Below are positions 1 to 12,712 of a DNA stretch of 64,000 bases, in pieces (the stretch's first letter is position 1; each line of letters opens with the position of its first letter). The DNA comes from Antechinus flavipes (Eukaryota), in assembly GCF_016432865.1 (NCBI RefSeq), contig NC_067400.1, positions 616,714,001-616,778,000 of the forward strand, given 5' to 3'. A program made the position numbers and the translations under genes. Below the pieces are notes generated by a model. The model did not search any database, was not told the origin of the DNA, and was given only the letters and a program-made list of their open reading frames with translations.

Positions 1-280
1 CTAGGTTTGACCTCAGCTGTTCCTGACTCCTAGCTCAGCACTCTATCCAGCTGTACTGGGGATCAGGGCTCGTTGAGTGATAAGATGCTCCGTGAGAAGC
101 CAGAGACGGGACATTGGCTGTGGGGAGAGGGGGCTGCCCCGCCAAGCCTTGGGTGGGCCCGGGCTCCCCCCGCAGGCGGCGTTCCGGCGTCACAAAGGAG
201 GCTGGCCTGAGCTGACCTGGCAGGAGAGGGGTCAGCCGGAGCAGGTGCCCCCCGGTCCTGGGTGCCAGCTTTCCTGCTAG

Positions 281-986
<706 letters not shown>

Positions 987-1199
987 CCCTTGGACAACCC
1001 CAGAACCAGGCCAGTTCTGGGCTCCCGCCCTCGCGGGGCCCCAGAGCACACGGACTGTCCCTTCCAGACAGTGGGGGGCAGGAACAGCCGGACTGTGACT
1101 CTCAGGGACTGATTACTCAAACGTGCTACTGTGAGAAAAACCTTCCTTTTTGTATTCTGGCTTCATTCGTTCGGTCTTAGGGGCCTGCCCTCGGCGAGC

Positions 1200-1262
1200 C
1201 GCCATTTATTGAGCACCTACTGGGTACCTGGCTCTGGGCTAGAGACTGGGGATACAAGGATG
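1200..1262. mobile_element. L2 LINE 3'-terminal fragment
   Basis: catttattgagcacctactgggtacctggctctgggctagagactggggatacaag resembles the recalled L2 tail consensus (catttattgagcacctactatgtgccaggcactgtgctaggc). Confidence 0.55.
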
Positions 1263-1414
1263 GGAAAAGAAAGCCCCTCACCTTCGTTGCAGGATACACA
1301 CTTGTAAACAGATAAGTAAATCCCAGGTCATTTGCAGCCCTCAGAGAAGGAAAAGCAATCGTTCACAAGGCAGATGGAGTTACAGCTCTCAGGGTACCCC
1401 ACTTAGAGGCATGA

Positions 1415-1600
1415 AGCCCCGAGTTCAAATCCTGACTCACACACTTTCTCTTGGTGTGACTCTGGGAGTCATTGGACTTGTCTGGGTCTCAGTTTCCTCA
1501 TCTGTAAAGTGGGGATAATAACACTCTCACGTTCCACCCCCACCTCGTGGTTGTGGGGATCTTAGGAGGTGACCTTGGTACAAATGTGGAGTGCTGTGTA
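1415..1600. mobile_element. MIR/CORE-SINE fragment
   Basis: gagttcaaatcctgactc...ctcagtttcctcatctgtaaagtggggataataac is the CORE-SINE core. Confidence 0.7.
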
Positions 1601-3215
1601 AGCGCAGCAGGCTGATTGTTCCCGTTAGCCAGTCTGCGTGTGCCCGGGGCTCAGAACTGGCACTCGGGATCTAGATCGTCTGGATGCTCAGCCAGCTGTG
1701 ATCTTTGATCCCCATCACGCCCATCTGACATCTGGGAAAAGCCTGGCTCGGGGGATTTGACTATGAACAGTATCCGCGTCCTCACTCACAGAACTGTCTG
1801 AGAGTTTCTCTCAGGAGCCTCTAAGGGAATCAGCCAGTTCCCGTTCCCAGGGGTCTCCTGCCCTGCTTGGGGCACAGCTGGGCATCCCTGGCAGCCATCA
1901 AGCCTGGCTGAGCCCATTTCCCTAAGGTGAAGCCCAGCATCCCCTCCAGATCAGGATTCACTGTGGGCAGGGGAGGAGAGGGCAGTCTTTACCTGGCACC
2001 TGGGAGCCTCAGGGCCACCCTCTAAGGAGTCCACTAGCGAAAATCTTACAAACAAGGACATGAGGATCCGTCATCACCCAGCCAGCCCCAGCGATCACTG
2101 CTCTAGGTCAGGCCCCAGGGGATCTCAGAGCCAGAGCAGCCTCCTCGCCGGCTTCCTCCCCCCTCCTGTCCATCCCAGGCCCAGGCTGTCCCAGCTCAAG
2201 AAGCTTCTGTGGCTCCCTGTTCCCTCCAGGACCCCGGACAGACACCTCAGCTCAGCCTTCACTGCCCACAAGCTGTCCAACCTGCCCCACCAGGCTTTTA
2301 TCCCCATATTCCCTCTTCATGTCTTTTTCTTTTCCAGTCTGGCCTATTTGCCCTTTGCTGACATGGCTCTGGGAGTCAAGTACTATTATGCTTCCCATTT
2401 CACAGAAGAGGAGACTGAGGTTCAATAAGTATCTGCTGTAGGATTCAGGCCATTAGTGCTTCCTTCCTTCCTCCGCAAATGACCCAGAATTCACTTAACT
2501 GTTGGCATCTGTGTCGGCGCTGTGCGGGTGGGCCTTGGCTTCCCTTTGTATCTTTGCCTCCCCAGCACTGAGGGCCCCAGTTGTTGGATCGACTTGGAAG
2601 GGTCTGAGGCAGGATCTGAGCCTCCCCTGCCTCTGCCTGGCAGCTGAGACACGAGACGGGCAGGCCTTCGGCACGGGTGCAGGAGGACATACACACAGAC
2701 ACGGGTGGTGTTAGGACTATTTTATGATTTTTCTCCTTTTCACGCTGGCAATCTGAGTCCAGCAGGGACTCTCCTTAGTGACACGTCCTGTCCAGGGACA
2801 TCGCCCTCTCCCGGTGCCGAGGTCCCAGGGCCAAGGCCATCTGCCAGCCTGCCTCTGTCCCTCTGCCCTAGGGGATGTGCCCTCAAACACCCTCGGGGAG
2901 TGCCGGCCCGCCAGCAATGGGTAGGAGCTCCCGAATTCTAGAGTAAACTACAAATGCCTCAGCCTGGCGTCAAAAGCCCTTCCATTTCCCTTTCCAAGAC
3001 TGTCCTCCTCTTAGAGTCCTATGCTCTGGGCAGAGCCAGGCCTCCCCCTCCCCTCCTCCCTCTGCCCCCCAACCTGAGGCCCCTCATTAGGAGGCGTGCA
3101 GGTTCTGTCTCCAAATGACTGCGTCCCTCTTCTCATCCACTTGTTATATACATGTTGTAACCTCTCCTAGGGGCGTGTAACTCCTCGGGGCCAGGGGCTG
3201 TACGGGTGTACTCCC

Positions 3216-3727
3216 CAGTGCACGTGGTAGGTGCTTAATAAATGTTGGACTAACCTGAATTCCAGCCAGTGCACCTGGTAGGTGCTTAATAAATGTTGGA
3301 CTAACCTGAATTCCAGCCAGTGCACCTGGTAGGTGCTTAATAAATATTGGACTAACCTGAATTCCAGCCAGTGCACTTGGTAGGTGCTTAATAAATGTCG
3401 GACTAACCTGAATTCCAGCCAGTGCACCTGGTAGGTGCTTAATAAATGTCGGACTAACCTGAATTCCAGCCAGTGCACCTGGTAGGTGCTTAATAAATGT
3501 CGGACTAACCTGAATTCCAGCCAGTGCACCTGGTAGGTGCTTAATAAATGTCGGACTAACCTGAATTCCAGCCAGTGCACCTGGTAGGTGCTTAATAAAT
3601 GTCGGACTAACCTGAATTCCAGCCAGTGCACCTGGTAGGTGCTTAATAAATGTCGGACTAACCTGAATTCCAGCCAGTGCACCTGGTAGGTGCTTAATAA
3701 ATGTTGAACTAACTTGAATTCCAGCCA
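3216..3727 (+). repeat. 51-bp minisatellite, 10 copies, each with AATAAA and GAATTC
   Basis: Unit gcacctggtaggtgcttaataaatgtcggactaacctgaattccagccagt; AATAAA at 3237, 3288, 3339, 3390, 3441, 3492, 3543, 3594, 3645 and 3696 (exact 51-bp spacing). It explains the repetitive ORFs 3144-3872 and 3167-3682. Confidence 0.97.
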
Positions 3728-4449
3728 CAGTGGCCTCTATTCCCCATATAGGACAACCCATGTCCTGCCTGAAATGCCTTCCCTCCTCACAGAAGCCTTC
3801 CTCTAGCCTTTGGAAATCACTTGGCACTGACTGCGTGGTGTAGGCCCCAGTAACAAAGCATTTATACAGCACCTAGTGTATGCTAGGCATTGTTCAAAGC
3901 ACTTCACATTACCTCATTTGATCCTTACAGCCATCCTGGGAGGCAGATGCTATTATTACACTCATTTTACAGATGAGGAACCAGAGTTACATGTCTCATC
4001 CAGAGTCACACAGGTACTGAGAGTCTGGCTCCACACTGGAAGAGCAGGTCCCCCTAACTCCAAGCCCAGAGTTTGAACCCTACCTCACCAACTGGTTGGA
4101 TTAAATATTAATTAAAATTAAATAATATTAAATATTAAAAATTTGCAGGATTGTCTGACTCAGGTGGCAGTATGTTGCCCCTAGTGTTTCCCCATCACTG
4201 CCAACTGCTGCCAAGTGTTTCCCCAAATTACAGATTCAGGTAAGCGCCTCAGCTGTGGAGTGTCCCTGGCAAGCTGCCCACTGGACCCCCTTCCGCTGGC
4301 ACACGGATGAGACTTTCTGCGGGGTGCCGCAGAACGGACCTGGGGCAACAATCACATGCAGGCCCCAGTCTAGTTTGGTATTGGGCTTGACCCAAGCAAA
4401 GGCTTCTGCCTCCCAAGATCCGACCAAACTCAGCTTGGGTTTTGAGAGT

Positions 4450-5770
4450 CTCTCAGCTACTCTCTAGCTTCATCTCAAGCTAAAGCTGGGGGCGGGTTCA
4501 GGGAGACTAAGCCATGGAGGCCACGAGCTGCGAGACCCCAACAAGCCTCCAACTGCAAATTGGAGATAAGCGCCCCTGTTGTAACAATTGAATGAGGCTG
4601 GCGGGGTTTGCCCCAAAGGGTCATCCAATCCACCCCCAAATCGGGGTCTCCAGTCTATCCCGAGGCCGCCACTGGGCCCCTCTCGCCTCCTGAGCACTGG
4701 AAGCTCCCGGAGGGCAGGGGCGCCGCGCTTTCCTATCCGCCGTGCTTGCTTCACGGTTTCTCATTCCTATTAAAGTGCTCTGCAAACTTTATAATGCTAC
4801 AGAAATGCCAGGTGGTGTCGCTGCCTACAAATGAGTAAACTGAGGCCCCGAGAGGGCCCAAAGTGTCACGGGAGAGAGAAGGCGGGGAGCCCTCCCAAAG
4901 CTGGAGCTGAACCGAGTCCACGGGGCTCTCTGGGTTACGCCCCTTGAGGAAGAGACCAGTGGTTCCCGGTCGCTATGACAACACGTAGGCGCCGACCTTT
5001 TCGCGCATGCTTCTTCCCAGACTCAGTGCGCACGCGCAGGTCACTCTATCAGTATCTTCCGCTTCTGCGTGCTTTCCAGCACTACCGCTTTTCAACCCGG
5101 AACCGGAAGATCCCCTCTCTCGCTCATCTCGCCGAGCTTCTTTAAACCGGAACCGGAAACGAATACAGGCGGCAGCAAAAGCGGAGCCGGAGCACTGAGG
5201 CAGCCGCCGCGTGAGGAAGGCCGGAGTGCAAAGGACCGAGGGGCCACCGCCACCATGTAAGCGGCATTCCTCCCTTCGCCCATCCGGGGAGGGGGCGTGG
5301 CCAGAGCCAAGAGGGAGCGGAGTCGGGGCCGAGGGAGGATGAGTCAAAGCCACCTCTCGGGGGAATCGCCTGGGTGACGTTGGTGATCAGTACGTGGGGC
5401 GGCGCGTGCAGCCTGTGTGGAGGAAGCGGGAGTAGAACACAGCGGGGTGCCTTCCTAGCTCCGGCGACCCTTGGAGAAGGGGGCTCGCGCGCGCGCGTAG
5501 CACATGGAGTATAGGGCGGCGCGTGCAGCCAATGGGAGGAGGGGGCGGGCTTGTAAGGCGGCAGGGCGGCCAGTAGGAAGAGGGGTTGAGCCAGTAGAAA
5601 GGCTCCGGCGGCCGATGGGTGGAGGGAACGGACCGGTAGAGCCGCTCGAGAGACCAATGGGAAGAAGAGGGCGGGCTAAGGATGGAGGATTCTGTTTCTT
5701 AGTGCCATTGTCAGTCACCTCCTGGTCCCTTGGATCCTGCCTACTCCACCGCTCACTGCTGCCGTGAATT
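4450..5770 (+). promoter_or_regulatory. CpG-island promoter of SNRPD2
   Basis: CpG-dense region with an RFX X-box-like GTCGCTATGACAAC (4969-4982), NRF1-like GCGCATGC and TGCGCACGCGCA (~5003-5038), and tandem ETS-like CCGGAA motifs (5097-5108, 5147-5158) directly upstream of the exon ending ...gccgccaccAT. Confidence 0.8.
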
Positions 5771-8700
5771 TAGTGAGCATTGATTTAGTGCCTATTGTAT
5801 GCCAGTAGTATGGGGGCAGCCATGTAGCACAGGAGGTAGAGCTCCGAGTCTAGAGTCAGGAAGCTCACATCTGGCCTCATTCACTAGCTGGGTGACCCTG
5901 GGCAAGTCCTTTCACCGTGTGCCTCAGTTTCCCCGTCTGTAAAATGAACTAGAGAAAGAAATGGCCAACCCCTCCAGATGAGCTCACAGTCGGTCACATT
6001 CAAAAAGGACTGAACCCTCCCCATGGTCCCTCCCCACCCGGGAGCTCACTTGAGGCTCTTTGGCCTGGACCAGGTGAACTCCCAAGGCCTCCGAACACCG
6101 TGTTTTTGAGATGTTAAAGGATAGGCATCGTGTAGTTATGCAAGTGGCGAGAGTTTACACTGCTGAGTGCTGGAGTTAGGAAAAGGAGACGTTTCCTGCC
6201 CTCGAGGAGTTTATATATTACTATAGAGGGTAAGCAACAGAGACATATGTAGGTAAGTTCCAGATCTGGACAGAAATTCCCCGATCTTTTCCTTTGTTCG
6301 TATGTACAGGACAGTGGGATGGAGTAAATCTGAATTCCTTAAACTTTCCCACTCCCAATCCCTTTTCAACGGAAAAATTTTTACATGACCCCTGATATAT
6401 AGTTCAAACATTTGCAGATAATAAATCATAATTTCACAACTCCCACATTCACTTAAATGACTGCAGGGTCAAGAATTACAGTTCAAAAATCTGGGGACTA
6501 GATGACCAAGGCTCTTTTCTGCTTTCAATATGTGCTCCTTTGAATTTTGAAAGGAGTTAAGAGATCCCAAAAGTTAAAGGTAAAGATAGAGCGTTCTGCT
6601 GTATTTAGAGAGGTTTCTTTTTTTTTTTTTTAATAGCTTTTTATTTACAAGTTATATGCATGGGTAATTTTACAGCATTGACAACTGCCAAACTTTTTGT
6701 TCCAATTTTTCCCTTCCTTCCCCCCATCCCCTCCCCTAGATGGCAGGATGACCAATACATGTTAAATATATTAGAATATAAATTAAATACAAAATAAGTA
6801 TACATGTCCAAACAGTTATTTTGCTGTACAAAAAGAATCAGACTCCAAAATATTGTACAATTAGCCTGTGAAGGAAATCAAAGTTGCAAATGGACAAAAA
6901 TATAGGGATTGGGAATTTGATATAGTGGTTCGTAGTCATCTCCCAGAGTTCTTTCCCTGGGTGTAGCTGGTTCAGTTCATTACTGCTCCATTAGAACTGA
7001 TTTGGTTCATCTCATTGTTGAAGAGGGCCACGTCCATCAGAATTGATCATTATATAATATTGTTGTTGAAGTATATAATGATCTCCTGGTCCTGCTCGTT
7101 TCACTCAGCATCAATTCCTGTCAGTCTCTCCAGGCCTTTCTGAAATCATCCTGTTGGTCGTTTCTTACTGAACAATATTCCCTAATATTCGTATACCACA
7201 ATTTGTTGAGCCATTCTCCACTTGATGGGCATCCACTCAGTTTCCAGTTTCTTGCCACTCCAAACCACAAACATTCTTGCACATACAGGTCCCTTTCCCT
7301 TCTTTAAGATCTTTAGAGAGATTTCTTAGCCATATTGGGAGCCAGTCTCAGGAAGGCATCTAGATCCAGATTTTAGGAGAAAATGGGACTATAAAGAGGT
7401 TAATGGTGGTAAATGATCAGGTCACAGGGAAGATAGGTCTTGACTGGATGAGAGCTCATAGTTGATGAATGGGTAAAGGGCACTCAATAAAGGTGTCACT
7501 TGGGGACACTTGGTAGAAAGATTTGGGAAGATATAGGTGAATTAAATAAGGAACTCCTTGGATAGATTATGCTTTAGGAGACTTGCCATGTGGCGAGTGT
7601 TGTTAGAGAAATAAAAGAGAATTGAGAATTAAGTAGCCCAAGAAAGTGAAATGGAAAAAGTCAGGAAACATCTCCATGTGGCAGGAGTCCCAATCTTGAA
7701 AGAGAGATCAGAGATCACCTAGGCCAAATTCAGCTTGAATTGTAACCTCCTATGACAAGTGGCTATTGAACCTCTATGATTATTGACCCTCCAGAAACCA
7801 AGAACTAGCTATTTCTGTAAAGTTTCACTTGTGTCAGTCCAACATCTGCCTCCCTGTTGACTGCTCTGGAGCTAAATACCTGAGTCTCAGTCTTTCATTT
7901 ACGTGAAGACAATTATCCTTCCCTAATGAAATCTTTTCTTCCCTAACTTAAACATCCCTTTGTCCAGTTCCTTCTGAGTAGCCTGAGAAAATGCCTGTTT
8001 TTCCAGTCACTGCCAACTACTGTGTGAGCCTGAGAAATATTTATCCACATACCTCGCGTATATGGTCTAACCAGATGGGTGTGTCCATTTCCTAGTCCTC
8101 ACTCTGCCTCTGTCTTCTATGTGAAAGTAACTGACCATCTCCAAAGGCAGTTCAGAACAGGGTGGGGATCTCTATTTGGCATCAGGACTCCTGGCTTAAC
8201 TTAGATCCTTACTCTGTCACACCTTTGTGGCTTTGGCCAAGTTCCTTGCTTTCCCACAATCCTATGGTTTATCCTATTTCCAGGACACAAAAGCTGCTTT
8301 GAGAAGAGAAACTTCCCCTTTACTCCCTCCTCCTCTTCCACTCAGATATTTATAAATTTTAGGGGATATCAGTTGAGTAAAAAAGCATTTCTTAGGGGGA
8401 GAAAAGAACAAGCATTTATTTAAGTGCCTACTAAGTGCACTGTGCCTATGGCTTTGCAGATATTATCTCATTTACTTATTGTGGGGAAAGCACAAAAATT
8501 ACAAACAGAGCCAAAACAATCACTGCCCTCGTTAGGCTGTTATTCTAATAGAGGAAGCCAACATGCCTAGGGATGGAAGCTCTGGCCCGGGAAGTCACTG
8601 AGAGGAGTGTGGAGCCATGGAAAAGTGGCTTAGTAACAATATGAAGATGGATTTAATTATTATGGGGAGTGGGATGAAGGCAACATAGCAGATAGTAATG

Positions 8701-9976
8701 TGGCCAGGGCAGAATTAGATAAACCATGTAAACAACACAACTCCCTGGTAAGGAAGTTCCAAAAGTAAGTGGAAAATCTAGCTCTAATTTGTTCTAGGTC
8801 TGGAGGTCTGGAAGGGTACTGTTGTTAGGGGGAAGTTCTTTTTTTATTTGTACGAAGTAGTGAGTTTCTTGTCACTGGAAGCATTCACACAGAGGCTAGC
8901 TGCTCCTTTCTCCAGTGCTGTTGTATAAGGGATTCATGTTTGGGAAGTATTTGGATTCTGGTCCTTTTCCCCAAATATCTTCCAGTCTAGGGATTTTTTG
9001 TGGCTGACACCCATTGAACCAGTCATAGTTATGAGTGGATCCCAGTGAGGTCCTGGGTAGGGAGGTCTGCTTACCAAGTAGAAAGCGATCCGAGAGGCTG
9101 GGGGAGATATTGGTCCGCTCTCCATACCTGGCCCACACTGGACCATATGGGTCAGCTCTAGAACAAATGAGGAAAGAAAAGTGGTCAGGTGGCAGCGGGC
9201 TTTATGTAGGGTGAGATGAGGTTCCGAGGACACAAAGTTGGATTTTCTGGAGGAGCTTGAGCTTGACAGACGCCCTAGGAGCAAGCCCTGGGAAGCCAAA
9301 CCCCCCTTTGCCAGGTAGGGGCTGTCCGTGGGCCTGGGCTGGTGCTCGGGGAGCCAGCACTGCCTGTGGCACAGGGGAGACGCCCCATGTCTTTGTCCAT
9401 GCCCTGCCCCCAGGAGTCTCCTAAACAAGCCCAAGAGTGAGATGACCCCCGAGGAGCTGCAGAAGCGGGAAGAGGAGGAGTTCAACACCGGTCCCCTGTC
9501 GGTGCTCACACAGTCGGTGAAGAACAACACCCAGGTTCTCATCAACTGCCGCAACAACAAGAAGCTGCTGGGCCGCGTGAAGGCCTTTGACAGGTGGGTG
9601 ATGGCTCTCGCTGCCTTCCACTCTGAGGCTGGGAGCCCGCTGGGCACCCCCAGAAGGACAGTTCTGGGGTCTGGCCCTGCAGGCAGGGAGGAGGGACCAA
9701 CTCCACAGCTCAGGCCTTCCTCTTCCTTCTGGGGTTCCCTTTGAGGAGTCAGGGGAGGCTCAGCTGGTTTTTCCACTCATCCCTTGCCCCTCCTGGCCCA
9801 GGCACTGCAACATGGTTTTAGAGAACGTGAAGGAGATGTGGACAGAGGTACCCAAAAGCGGCAAAGGCAAGAAAAAGTCAAAACCAGTGAACAAAGATCG
9901 TTACATTTCCAAGATGTTCCTGAGGGGGGATTCGGTCATCGTGGTGCTCAGGAACCCCCTCATCGCTGGCAAGTAG
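5255..9976 (+). CDS. SNRPD2: Small nuclear ribonucleoprotein Sm D2
   Basis: Exons 5255-5256 (AT), 9414-9593 and 9802-9976 total 357 nt and encode [118 protein letters not shown] (118 aa), matching recalled Sm D2. All introns are GT-AG. Confidence 0.98.
6620..7311 (-). mobile_element. 5'-truncated L1 3' end with target-site duplication, in SNRPD2 intron 1
   Basis: Poly(T) followed by marsupial L1 3' UTR/ORF2-end sequence; flanks tttagagaggtttctt (6604-6619) and tttagagagatttctt (7312-7327) form a 16-bp TSD with one mismatch. Confidence 0.88.
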
Positions 9977-10072
9977 TGAAGCCAGAGCCTCTCCTTTCCA
10001 CCCAACAATCTGCTCCAACCCTCAGCTCAGCCCAGTAAAACTGAGGGGGTCTCTTATGTTTTACCTCTTGTG

Positions 10073-10078
10073 AATAAA
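10073..10078 (+). terminator. SNRPD2 polyadenylation signal
   Basis: AATAAA about 100 nt after the stop codon, followed by a U/GU-rich stretch (cttgttgttttttctt). Confidence 0.8.
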
Positions 10079-11552
10079 AACTTGTTGTTTTTTCTTCCCC
10101 GGTCTGGTTCTTGTGGTCCCAGTTGGGCTGAACAAACAGGGGCCCCCAAAGAAGGAGTAAGGGTCGGGTTGAGGGAAGAATAATAGATGAGGCAGGGATG
10201 GAGTCAGAGAACAGAGCTCCCGGGGTTGGAGCAGACCTGGTATCCAGTCTTTTTTCTATCCAACACACCCAGACCCCCAGATCTTTGGCATTTGTACTAT
10301 TAGGTTGTGAGTTGCCACAAGTGGGACTTTAAAAGTGCTCTCATTAGAGAGATCTCATCAGATCTCATTGGACCTTGGAAGTTTAAGTCTGGCCCCCAGA
10401 GAGGGGGTGCTGAGCAGGGCTGGAGACCAGGGGTGTCCTGGCCCACTTCCCCCATTTCTGTCAGTACAAGAAGTAGCCCCAGGAGCTCAAGAGGTCAGAA
10501 AGCACAGGACCTAGTTCTCTTCCCAGCTGAATATTCCTTCTCCTGAGCTATTCCTGGCTCTCCCGGGCCTGAACTCTCAGGCGGACTGTTCACCCTCTGT
10601 CCCCGCAAAGAACAAATTATTTTTCATTGTTTATTTACATATCTACTTTCACCAGCCAGAAAGAAGTACATTTCCACTCCCCAGTCCTTGTCTAGATGTA
10701 GCCCCTGATAGCCTGGCTCTGGGACCAGAGAGCTTCTGGCATGGATGCCCTTCTCTTGCCGCCTCACTCTCCCACCCTCAGGGAGTCACTGTTTCCATCC
10801 CAACTTTTCTTATAAAACCATGGAACTGGGGATGCAGTGGTGGACTCTTTGCTAGAGGTAAGGGAATTCTGCACAGGAGGATGAGGAACTGGGGGAATGA
10901 TTTGGGGGTTCTAAGAATAGGAAAGTCTAGCATTACAGGTCCTTAGACCTGGAAGGGGATTTATAGAACAGCTCAGCTAATGCCTTCACCGAGTCCTAAA
11001 GAAGAGTTTTGATTTGCTGTAGATCACAAAAATAGTAAAAAAAAAAAAAAAGGCCAGAAGCCTTTCCCTGCCTTTCTAGACTTGTTTTAAGTGCCCAACC
11101 CTAGACCTGAAGGAGCTCCCCTTTTGCTATTGCTGTTTAAGGGCCAGATTTTCATCCCCCACCCCAGAAAGTCACAGAACCTTACACCTTCAAATGTCTT
11201 CCCCCCATCAGCTCGGGAGAGATTTGAAAGGAGGGCAGGGCAGGGCAGGGCACGGCACTTCTTACCAAGGAGGAGGGAAAAGATCCTTTTGACCCATGGA
11301 AATCAAAGAGGATTCTCTCAGACTGGTTTTATACTTATTTGTGAGGACTGGGCAAAGGGAAGGGAACTACTGAAAAGAAGACTTTGGGGAAGTCATCGTA
11401 GCTCAGCTATGGGAGCTCTGGCCCTCCCACCACTGTTAGAACTCATTCTCTGCTGATCGCTTGCCTTTTGGTTGGTTTCCCTCCCCTCAAGTCCTCCTGA
11501 CTTCAAAACCAGTACTCTATTCATTGCCCCACCTACCTGCCCCTTTAGCATC

Positions 11553-11988
11553 TTTTTTTTTTTTTTAAATAGCTTTTTATTGACAAAACCTATTCATGGG
11601 TAATATTTCAACATTGCAAAACCTTCTGTTCCAACTTTCCCCTCCTTTCCTCCACCTCCTCCCCTAGATGGCAGATAGTCCCATACATGTTAAATATGTT
11701 AAAAGTCTATGTTAAATACAATATATGTATACATATTTATATAGTTATCTTGCTTGGATTTAGAAAGAAGGTAAAAATAACCTGGGAAGAAAAAAATGCA
11801 AGCAGATAATAACAGAAAGAGTGGAACTGCTGAGATCGCTCCAAACTCATTTCCCACAGTTCTTTCGCTAGGTGTAGCTGGTTTTGTTCATTACTGATCA
11901 ATTGCAACTGATTTGGGTCCTCTCATTGCTGAAGAGGGTCACGTCCATCAGAATTGCTCATCATGTAGTATTGTTGAAGTGTACAATA
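11553..11988 (-). mobile_element. 5'-truncated L1 3' end
   Basis: Poly(T) followed by the same L1 3' UTR family as at 6620; tagcatc on both flanks is a possible short TSD. Confidence 0.85.
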
Positions 11989-12570
11989 GCATCCATTTTT
12001 GAAGATCATTTTTGACTTCCAAATTCTCACCCACCCATTGAGAAGGAAACAGGTAATGTGATATCACTTGTACACACGAAGTCGTTTTTGCCTTTATTTT
12101 AATGGTAATTTTGGAAACAACAAAGGGAATTCTTTTCTGAATCTAATTTTCTCCAACAGAGTAGCTAGTTGTGGGAGAGGAGGAAGCAGAACGTCTCTAG
12201 AAGAGTCAGCTGTGGATGTGATTACATGTCTCAGACCAACGATGCTGGATAGTGAAGAAGAGGCTGGGTGGGCCAAGAGGGAGGAGCAGTGTTTCTATTT
12301 ACCAAGAGTTTTAGACTGGAAAGAAAAGTGGAAATGCCAGTGGGGAGCTGATCCTCAAGTCAGAAGAAAGGGAGAGGCCCTTAGCTGCTCTTGACCAGTC
12401 TATGGTGACCCAGGAGCGTTACATTGCTGCATATGATTGCAGAGCCCCATCAGGGGGCTTAGAAAAGGTGAGGGGGGGCAGAGAGAGACCACAACCCAAG
12501 GTCAAACATCCTGACTTTAGGCCCATGAGCTCAATTCCTGGGAGAGATTCTAGAATGAATTTTTTCCCCT

Positions 12571-12712
12571 TGAGGCAATTGGGCTTGAGTGAGGGAGCCA
12601 AAGGTCACATAGCTAGGAAGTGTGAAGTGTTGGTTGTCTGAGGTCACTTTTGAACTCAGATCCTCCTGACTTCAGGGCTGGTGCTCTATCCACTGCGCCC
12701 CCTAGCTGCCCC
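12571..12712. mobile_element. WSINE1/MAR-like marsupial SINE
   Basis: gaggcaattggg...aggtcacatagctaggaagtg...tgaactcagatcctcctgacttcagggctggtgctctatccactgcgccccctagctgcccc matches the recalled marsupial SINE consensus. Confidence 0.75.

Noticed and set aside
1790-1961. Minus-strand exon-like segment with a good acceptor and GTGAGT donor
   Set aside because: Stops occur in all three frames and no partner exon was found.
3216-3727. CRISPR-like regular array
   Set aside because: The units are contiguous with no unique spacers, and the DNA is mammalian.
3144-3872. 242-aa and 171-aa repetitive ORFs
   Set aside because: They are translations of the 51-bp (17-codon) minisatellite; no protein features.
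8934-9776. 280-aa minus-strand ORF
   Set aside because: Antisense shadow over SNRPD2 exon 2 and GC-rich introns; no recognisable homology.
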